Below, piece by piece: positions 7,668 through 13,618 of a stretch of DNA of 13,618 bases. Source of the DNA: Bacteriovoracia bacterium. GTDB lineage: Bacteria; Bdellovibrionota; Bacteriovoracia; Bacteriovoracales; Bacteriovoracaceae. Positions within the stretch are counted from its first letter, which is position 1. Each line of letters opens with the position of its first letter. Both the position numbers and the translations under genes were made by a program. Where the stretch lies: positions 1-13,618 of the forward strand of contig JBKHVI010000063.1 of the NCBI GenBank assembly GCA_046570105.1, given 5' to 3'. The notes beneath the pieces are model-generated. The model was given only the letters and a program-made list of their open reading frames with translations. It did no database searches and was not told where the DNA came from.

Positions 7668-9432
7668 CGATATAAGACTGCGTCTCGTCTTGGTCTAGCA
7701 CCGAGGCGAGCTGCGCTTGGGCCTGCTGAGAGACACTGACAAACATCTTATCATCACTGCGTACTTTGTATTGCTCTTGTAGCATGGTCTCATCGTGGGT
7801 GCGGAAGCGCTCGATGACTTTTTTGACTCGAGCCGGCTCCCATTTCATTTCTAGTAATAAGTCGCCCACGAAATTTAGACTGGCATCAAAAGTTTCTCGC
7901 TTAATTCGGGTGACACCTAAATCCATCAGATCAAAAGCATGGCCACGGTTACGAGCACGACCAAAGATTTTTAGCTGAGGGAAGTGTTCTTTGATTACTT
8001 CGGCGGTTTTGAGAGACAACTCCATATCATCAATCGCCAAAATGAAATACTTAGCATTCTTCGCTCCGGAGGCCTCTAAGATATCGGCCCGGGATGCGTC
8101 TCCATAATATACTTTGTTACCAAATTTTCGCAGCATCTCAATTTGATCAGCATCGTGATCTATGGCGACGAAAGGTATTTGTTGCGAGCGAAGAAAACGT
8201 CCAAAAATTTGTCCGAAGCGACCGAAGCCGGCAATGATGACTTCGGGAGTTTCATTTTTGATTTCATCAAACACGGGTGAAGTTTGAATCCGTTTTGATA
8301 AGAGCTTTTCATGTAAGAGTCCAATCAAGGGAGTCATTGCCATGGAAAGGGTAATCATCGCCGTGAGTGTATCAATGATTGAGTTATCAGCGAGCCCGGT
8401 AGTGAGCACCATGGAGAAAATCACAAAGGCGAATTCTCCACCCTGGCCAATATTGATCGACATCAGTTTGGCGTTCTCATGACTCATGCGGGCGAGGCGG
8501 CCTGTCCCATAGATCAAAAGCATTTTAAGGCTGATATATCCTAGAGAGAGCCCGACAATAACAAGGGGTTTTGCTTGAATGAGCGGAAGACTAACACTCA
8601 TACCGACCGCCATAAAGAACAGGCCCATCAAGAGACTCTTAAACGGATTAAGATCGGCTTCGAGTTCGTGACGATATTCAGAGTCGGCTAACAAAACGCC
8701 TGCAATAAAGGTACCCAATGCAGCTGACAATCCAATCTTGAGCATAAGAGAGGCAACACCAAAAACCACAAAAAGAGTGATGGCGGTAAAAATCTCGCGC
8801 GTGCGAGTTGAAGCGATCAGACGAAAAATTGGACGCATTAAGAAACGTCCGGCGAGTACAAGTCCCACCAGGATTAAAAGAAAAGCCACAAAGTTCGCTG
8901 GAGGAGCTTCGGTCTGTGATTTGGCGGCTAAAATCGGAATTAGAGCAAGGGCAGGAATAGCGATTAAATCCTGAGTTAACAGAACCGCAAAACTTGCTCG
9001 ACCGAAAGGAGTATTAAACTGATTTTTCTCCATCAATGTTTGCAAAGCAAAAGCGGTGGAAGAAAGGGAGAGAGCAAAACCCAGCACCAGACTTGTTGTC
9101 CAATCAAGACCTGCGAAGTGGCCAATTGTTCCAAATATCGCCGAACAAAGTAGAACTTGTACGAGTCCAAGCCCTATAAGTTCTCCGCGCATCGACCAAA
9201 GTTTGCGCGGTTGAATTTCTAGGCCGATTATAAATAACAAAAGCACCACACCGAGTTCAGCGAAATGCAAAATGCTCTCAGAGTCTTGAATAAGTCCCAA
9301 GGCATGAGGACCTACGATAAGTCCTCCCATCAAATAACCTAAGACAGAGCCAAAACCCAGGCGATGAAAAATCGGCACCATCAAAACACTGGCGCCAATA
9401 AAGATGAGGGTTTGATTAATAAATCCGCTCAT
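7660..9432 (-). CDS. Glutathione-regulated K+ efflux protein, KefB/KefC type (CPA2 antiporter with TrkA-N/KTN domain)
   Basis: [39 protein letters not shown], regulatory loop [24 protein letters not shown] domain [23 protein letters not shown] and RETF. KefB and KefC cannot be told apart. Confidence 0.93.
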   Translation of the reverse strand: MSGFINQTLIFIGASVLMVPIFHRLGFGSVLGYLMGGLIVGPHALGLIQDSESILHFAELGVVLLLFIIGLEIQPRKLWSMRGELIGLGLVQVLLCSAIFGTIGHFAGLDWTTSLVLGFALSLSSTAFALQTLMEKNQFNTPFGRASFAVLLTQDLIAIPALALIPILAAKSQTEAPPANFVAFLLILVGLVLAGRFLMRPIFRLIASTRTREIFTAITLFVVFGVASLMLKIGLSAALGTFIAGVLLADSEYRHELEADLNPFKSLLMGLFFMAVGMSVSLPLIQAKPLVIVGLSLGYISLKMLLIYGTGRLARMSHENAKLMSINIGQGGEFAFVIFSMVLTTGLADNSIIDTLTAMITLSMAMTPLIGLLHEKLLSKRIQTSPVFDEIKNETPEVIIAGFGRFGQIFGRFLRSQQIPFVAIDHDADQIEMLRKFGNKVYYGDASRADILEASGAKNAKYFILAIDDMELSLKTAEVIKEHFPQLKIFGRARNRGHAFDLMDLGVTRIKRETFDASLNFVGDLLLEMKWEPARVKKVIERFRTHDETMLQEQYKVRSDDKMFVSVSQQAQAQLASVLDQDETQSYIAR

Positions 9433-10481
9433 GCCGCTCCAAAGGTCTTACAATCAATCACAAAACGATAGCGCACATCACTCTTGAGTACTCGTTCATA
9501 GGCCTCGTTAATTTTATCAGCAGCGATGAGTTCAATATCACTGACGATGTTGTGCTTGCTGCAGAAGTCGAGCATCTCCTGAGTCTCTTTAATTCCACCA
9601 ATCAGCGATCCGGCCAGGCGACGACGTCCCATTACCAGGGAAAAAGCATTGAGACTGACATTTTTATCAGGCAGACCCAACAGCACCATGGTGCCATCGA
9701 TTTTTAAAAGTCCCAAATACTGATTCCAATCCAGCTCGGCCGAGACTGAGTTAAGAATTAAGTCAAAGTTAGCTTTTAATTTTTTGAATGTTGCTTTGTC
9801 ACTGGTGGCATAAAACTCATCGGCGCCTAAGCGTTTAGCATCATCAACTTTTTTCATACTCTGACTCAAGACAGTGACGTGCGCACCCATAGCATGAGCA
9901 ATTTTGACGGCCATGTGGCCCAGGCCCCCAAGGCCAATCACTGCGACTCTTTTACCAGGGCCCGCTCCCCAATGAGCAAGCGGTGAGTAAGTAGTGATAC
10001 CAGCACATAAAAGAGGAGCGGCCTTATCAAGAGGAAGATTCTTTGGAATTCTAAGCACGTAGTTTTCATCCACTACGATTTGTGTGGCGTATCCGCCTTG
10101 AGTGGGTGTCACGCCATCAGCTTCTGTGCTGTTGTAGGTTCCATTCATACCGACTGAGCAGTACTGCTCAAGTCCTTCATGGCAGTACTCACAGGTTCTA
10201 CAGGAATCGACAAAACAACCTACACCCACATGATCGCCGATTTTAAAGCGTGAAACCTTGGCGCCGACTTTGGTAACGATTCCAGCAATTTCATGGCCTG
10301 GAACCATAGGGAAGGCGCCTTTGCCCCATTCGTCGCGCACCTGATGAATATCTGAGTGGCAGATACCAGAGTATTTAATCTCAATGGCCACATCGTGTTC
10401 ACGGGGATTTCTGCGCTCAAATACATAAGGGGTAAGGGGGGCTTTGGCACTCATAGCAGCATAGGCAAATGTTTTATTCAT
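9429..10481 (-). CDS. Zinc-dependent NADP(H) alcohol dehydrogenase / aldehyde reductase (CAD-like, YahK/Ahr family)
   Basis: [14 protein letters not shown], structural zinc CRTCEYC...[21 protein letters not shown], Ser-rich LSQS after the second Rossmann strand (NADP type), C-terminal DVRYRFVID. Confidence 0.95.
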   Translation of the reverse strand: MNKTFAYAAMSAKAPLTPYVFERRNPREHDVAIEIKYSGICHSDIHQVRDEWGKGAFPMVPGHEIAGIVTKVGAKVSRFKIGDHVGVGCFVDSCRTCEYCHEGLEQYCSVGMNGTYNSTEADGVTPTQGGYATQIVVDENYVLRIPKNLPLDKAAPLLCAGITTYSPLAHWGAGPGKRVAVIGLGGLGHMAVKIAHAMGAHVTVLSQSMKKVDDAKRLGADEFYATSDKATFKKLKANFDLILNSVSAELDWNQYLGLLKIDGTMVLLGLPDKNVSLNAFSLVMGRRRLAGSLIGGIKETQEMLDFCSKHNIVSDIELIAADKINEAYERVLKSDVRYRFVIDCKTFGAA

Positions 10482-10544
10482 GGAAGAATCGTAATGTGAA
10501 GTTTCTCAGGTGTCACTTGGGGAGAGTTGGATTATTATGCCCCC
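10482..10544. promoter_or_regulatory. Divergent leaderless promoters with overlapping -35 hexamers
   Basis: Minus: GTGACA (10516-10511)-N17-TACGAT (10493-10488)-N6-ATG 10481. Plus: GTGTCA (10510-10515)-N17-TATTAT (10533-10538)-N6-ATG 10545. Confidence 0.65.
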
Positions 10545-11690
10545 ATGGCAAAAAAGCTTTTGCATATCGGCATCGCACCGAATCTTTTACTGAAAGACGT
10601 GGAAATTACCGCGCCGTTTTTATTTCAGGGTGAAATTGCAGTCGAAGGCGATCGTCGCGCTTTTTTGAATAAGCTCAAGTTTTACAAAAAAAACCTCAAT
10701 CTTCTAAAGACCGTTGATCTGACGGAATATTTCTATCTCTGCATGGCGGCCCACTGGACAACCGCCGGAACTTTTGTTCCTACCAATGTTGATAATCAAA
10801 TTCGCGAAAGTTTGTGGAAGCATCCCGAGATTCAAGCGCATATCGATCGCATGGCAAAAATCACGCTCGATTCTTGGACGTGGGATTACTCTCAAGTCAC
10901 TAATCGCAAGTCTTTTAATCCAAAAAACCAACAAGTCATGAGTACTCACGAAGGGACATGGCTTTCGGTGGCGATCGGAGCTTACTGCGCGCTTAAAAAG
11001 CATAAACGTCCGCTCGCATCTGATATGGGCGAGATGATTTTGGCAGAGATTCAAAAGGAAGAAGCGCTTCTGACAGAGTTACGCGAGGAGCGGGATAGTA
11101 TTAATTTTCTGCGCTCCTGTGCTTTGATGGCGCATAATTTTGGTGATCTTGATCGCGTGATTGATCAGTGGGAGATGCCTTTAGATGATCCTTTCAGACA
11201 GCGCATTTATAAATTAGGTCATCAGCTTAATTCAAATTATTCACCGATTCTGGTTTATGCGGGCCAAGTGAATAAGGCGTTTCTCTCGGTTGAAAATCAT
11301 CGTCACATGTCGCTTAGACAACCGAAGTGCTTGCGACGCTCCTCTGAATTTCTTGTTCCCGTAGGCCCATTTATGGAAAAGTGGGGCGAAGCTCTGGGGA
11401 AGAGTGAGAAATTGAGTTTGGGTGATAAAGGCGAAATTGTAGCCGCACTGTTTGATGGATTTAACCGTCAAAACCAAGCGCTGGGTTATCCACGCGCTTT
11501 TGGGGCGATGATGCGCGCGCTTTCTAAGGGAATTGACACGCTCGTTGCGGATATTCCTTTCGATCTGGCGATTGAAATCAAAAAATCCAAGTTCTGGGGA
11601 ATTGCCCAGGAGAGTGAAGAGGAATTTGCTCAATCAATGACGCAGAAATTAGAGAATTTTGTTTGCCCATCGACCGGTCTGAAGTTCTAA
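10545..11690 (+). CDS. Uncharacterised cytoplasmic protein with conserved-looking His/Asp/Glu motifs
   Basis: 381-aa ORF from ATG 10545 (the track uses TTG 10527). Motifs AAHWTTAGTFVPTNVD, STHEGTW, AHNFGDLD and ENHRH. No signal peptide or TM helices. No named family recognised. Confidence 0.8.
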   Translation: MAKKLLHIGIAPNLLLKDVEITAPFLFQGEIAVEGDRRAFLNKLKFYKKNLNLLKTVDLTEYFYLCMAAHWTTAGTFVPTNVDNQIRESLWKHPEIQAHIDRMAKITLDSWTWDYSQVTNRKSFNPKNQQVMSTHEGTWLSVAIGAYCALKKHKRPLASDMGEMILAEIQKEEALLTELREERDSINFLRSCALMAHNFGDLDRVIDQWEMPLDDPFRQRIYKLGHQLNSNYSPILVYAGQVNKAFLSVENHRHMSLRQPKCLRRSSEFLVPVGPFMEKWGEALGKSEKLSLGDKGEIVAALFDGFNRQNQALGYPRAFGAMMRALSKGIDTLVADIPFDLAIEIKKSKFWGIAQESEEEFAQSMTQKLENFVCPSTGLKF

Positions 11691-11693
11691 TAA

Positions 11694-11710
11694 CCTCCAT
11701 TCCATGGAGG
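11694..11710 (+). promoter_or_regulatory. Hairpin occluding the SD of the DUF1993 gene
   Basis: CCTCCAT (11694-11700)-TCC-ATGGAGG (11704-11710). GGAGG lies 5 nt before ATG 11716. Confidence 0.6.
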
Positions 11711-11715
11711 ACACT

Positions 11716-12219
11716 ATGTATAAAAATCTTATTCCCCCTTTCGTTAAAGCACTCACAAATCTCAATGTGATTTTGGATAAAGGCCAAGAGTTTGCTGATG
11801 CCAAAAAAATCGACTCAACTGTGCTGTTGAACACTCGCTTGATTGCTGATCAATTTCCTCTCACACGTCAAATTCAAATTGCTTGTGACACCGCTAAACT
11901 GGGTGCTGCTCGTTTGGCCGGCAAAGATGCTCCCGTGCACGATGATAAAGAAGCCACACTGGCGGAGCTTAAAAATCGTGTGAACGATGTGATTAAATAT
12001 CTCAACAGCTTTAAGCCAGAAGATTTTAAAGGAGCAGAGGAGCGCAAAATTTCTCAGCCTCGTTGGGAAGGGAAGTGGATGACGGGCGAGGAGTATTTAC
12101 TTCAGCACGCTCTTCCGAACATCTATTTTCATTTGACGACAGCTTACTCAATCCTTCGCTCACAAGGTGTGGATGTGGGTAAGAAAACATACTTGGGAGA
12201 GATGCCTTATAAACACTAA
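11716..12219 (+). CDS. DUF1993 family protein (DinB/YfiT-like helical bundle)
   Basis: RLIADQFPLTRQIQIACDTAK and ALPNIYFHLTTAYSILRSQGVDVGKKTYLG are DUF1993 signatures. Start placed at ATG 11716, after GGAGG, rather than 11704. Confidence 0.92.
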   Translation: MYKNLIPPFVKALTNLNVILDKGQEFADAKKIDSTVLLNTRLIADQFPLTRQIQIACDTAKLGAARLAGKDAPVHDDKEATLAELKNRVNDVIKYLNSFKPEDFKGAEERKISQPRWEGKWMTGEEYLLQHALPNIYFHLTTAYSILRSQGVDVGKKTYLGEMPYKH

Positions 12220-12850
12220 ACGCGAAGTTTTTTGCGAAGATGCACTCGAGTGGCTTAACCGCTCGGGTGTCGTCCCGCATTCGTCTTTAGTCGCCTCACT
12301 GCCAGATATTTCTGAATTCACCGGATACACTCTAGAAAAATGGTCCACTTGGTTTATTGAAGCCGCACGAATCATTTTACAATCCACACCTCCTAACGGA
12401 GTCACCATTTTTTATCAGTCAGACATCAAGCTTGAAGGTGCGTGGGTTGATAAATCTTATCTCTGTCAAAAAGCCGCTGAATTGTTGGAACACAAACTCC
12501 TGTGGCACAAAATTATTTTACGCGCGCCACTAGGTGTAACCACTTTTGGCAGGCCCGCTTACTCTCACATGCTGTGTTTTTCAAAAGAACTCAAACTTGA
12601 TCCACAATTCTCAACTCCTGATGTGATGGAGCGGGGAGAGCAGTTGTGGGAGCGAGGCATGGGCCGCATTCCAGCGACACTTGCTGCCAAATTTATCAAA
12701 GAGCGTACCGACTCCACTGTTTTAATAAATCCTTTTTGTGGGCATGGTACCATGCTGGCGGCAGCTGAGCTTGCAGGGGTTGTTTCTATAGGAATTGAGC
12801 GCAGTCCTAAACGAGCGGAGATTGCGCGAGCTAGTCAGTACTCCGTGTGA
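12173..12850 (+). CDS. SAM-dependent methyltransferase, N4/N6 DNA-methylase-like motif order, degenerate motif IV; start uncertain
   Basis: VFCEDALEWL (motif III-like), LVASLPD where S/DPPY is expected, C-terminal INPFCGHGTML (FxGxG) and SIGIERS. Motif IV precedes motif I, as in beta-class amino-methyltransferases. Confidence 0.75.
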   Translation: MWVRKHTWERCLINTKREVFCEDALEWLNRSGVVPHSSLVASLPDISEFTGYTLEKWSTWFIEAARIILQSTPPNGVTIFYQSDIKLEGAWVDKSYLCQKAAELLEHKLLWHKIILRAPLGVTTFGRPAYSHMLCFSKELKLDPQFSTPDVMERGEQLWERGMGRIPATLAAKFIKERTDSTVLINPFCGHGTMLAAAELAGVVSIGIERSPKRAEIARASQYSV

Positions 12851-13448
12851 GCATCCAGCCAACAGGCACATCCATTTGGATGAGTTGATCTATTTTAGTC
12901 ATAACAATCGAAATCTTTGCTTCTTTCGCCATTTGTTTCAAATCTTGAAGCTTTCCCAATGATGAGTACTGATTGATATATGCCTTTTTCAAACGACTAT
13001 GCTTTTGCTCGTTAAATAAGACGTAATGAACGGCATTTTTTGTTTCACGCAAGTTCTTTAAGGCATGTAGATGGTAGCGCTCAATTTGAACTCGTCCTAA
13101 ACCAAGTCCTTTAGCAAATGTAACGGTAAGGGAGCGCATCCCTCGAGTTAGAATCGAGTTGTCTTGAGCTTCGAGAATGAGGTGGATGTGGTTAGATTGA
13201 AGTGAGAAGTGAATAATTCTCAGGCCTTTCTTTCTAGCGTTGAGAATTGCCCTTTTCAAAAGATGCACTCCTTTCTTGTGGCGAATATTTGTACGGTATT
13301 TGAAATTGATATGGAGGGCATTACGCATTTTCACCATTTCTCGTTGTCGATGAGCGACTCCTTTGGAATGAATTCGCTTTCGTCCAGAACCTGGTCGTCG
13401 ACCCCCACGAGCACCTTGATAGATATTGAGTTTAAGTTGTTTTGCCAT
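12831..13448 (-). mobile_element. HUH-Y1 tyrosine transposase, REP-associated (RAYT/TnpA-REP) / IS200-like, 205 aa
   Basis: N-terminal GARGGRRPGSGRKR basic extension, HINFK, HUH motif HFSLQSNHIHLILEA, GRVQIERYH and catalytic Tyr in VHYVLFN. GGAGG SD before ATG 13448 (the track starts at 13472). No tnpB and no element ends identified. Confidence 0.85.
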
Positions 13449-13475
13449 ATACCCTCCATTTGAAAAGGGCATATG
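13446..13475 (-). promoter_or_regulatory. Hairpin sequestering the SD and start codon of the transposase
   Basis: Minus strand CATATGCCCTTT-TCAAAT-GGAGGGTATATG: a 12-bp stem (3 G-U pairs) covering GGAGG and the ATG. Confidence 0.6.
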
Positions 13476-13599
13476 TAAGACATGGCAGTCAAAGGTGATA
13501 GAAACGAAGCTGTTTTTTAGTGAGAATGTTCAAAAATGAAATCTCACCAACCCTTAGACGCCTCTCCCGGCAAAAAGCGTTTTAAGTCATAATGCAGGA

Positions 13600-13618
13600 A
13601 TGGGCATTTCACGCGAAC
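13600..13618 (+). CDS. Probable start of the next gene (MGISRE...), truncated by the window edge
   Basis: CATAAT (13588-13593)-N6-ATG 13600, the same geometry as the other leaderless starts here. Only six codons are visible. Confidence 0.4.

Noticed and set aside
10545..12850. Classical type II restriction-modification system
   Set aside because: No PD-(D/E)xK, HNH or GIY-YIG motif recognised in neighbours, and the methyltransferase catalytic motif is non-canonical.
1206..13463. Remaining 60-130 aa ORFs in the track (e.g. 2335-2670, 2985-3209, 6341-6544, 7766-7978, 8738-8974, 10704-11054, 11241-11633, 12026-12280, 13209-13463)
   Set aside because: They lie within or antisense to well-supported genes, lack initiation signals and look like shadow frames.
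4149..13472. Longest-ORF starts at 4149, 10527, 11704 and 13472 (also 1077)
   Set aside because: Downstream ATGs (4176, 10545, 11716, 13448, 1086) fit family N-termini, SD position or -10 geometry better.
12831..13618. IS605/IS200 element with tnpB or omega-RNA, or a REP/BIME array
   Set aside because: No RuvC/zinc-finger ORF adjacent within the window, no space downstream, and no repeated palindromic units seen.
1..13618. CRISPR array, tRNA, rRNA or riboswitch
   Set aside because: Intergenic gaps are all about 150 bp or less, and none shows spaced direct repeats, a cloverleaf or a recognisable aptamer by eye; an Rfam scan would be needed to exclude small RNAs.

Overview
Compact, gene-dense bacterial chromosomal segment; the protein set and style suggest a Bdellovibrionota/Bacteriovoracaceae-like predator, which is inference only. 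In order it contains: a DUF885 lipoprotein (5' part, minus strand, missed by the ORF track), an uncharacterised secreted protein, a rhomboid protease, MscS, RlmF, a signal-peptide-bearing M1 aminopeptidase, a translationally coupled aldehyde reductase-KefB/C pair, a three-gene run (uncharacterised His/Asp-motif protein, DUF1993, DNA-methyltransferase-like protein with a degenerate catalytic motif) and a RAYT/IS200-type HUH-Y1 transposase without visible REPs. No rRNA, tRNA or CRISPR array was seen. The most striking signal is in the translation starts. Six genes have a -10-like hexamer 6-7 nt before the ATG (apparent leaderless mRNAs). Three genes with a strong Shine-Dalgarno have it locked in a hairpin, and two of those hairpins begin with an identical TAATAACCTC 10-mer. 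The transposase leader is also complementary to three segments of its own coding sequence.
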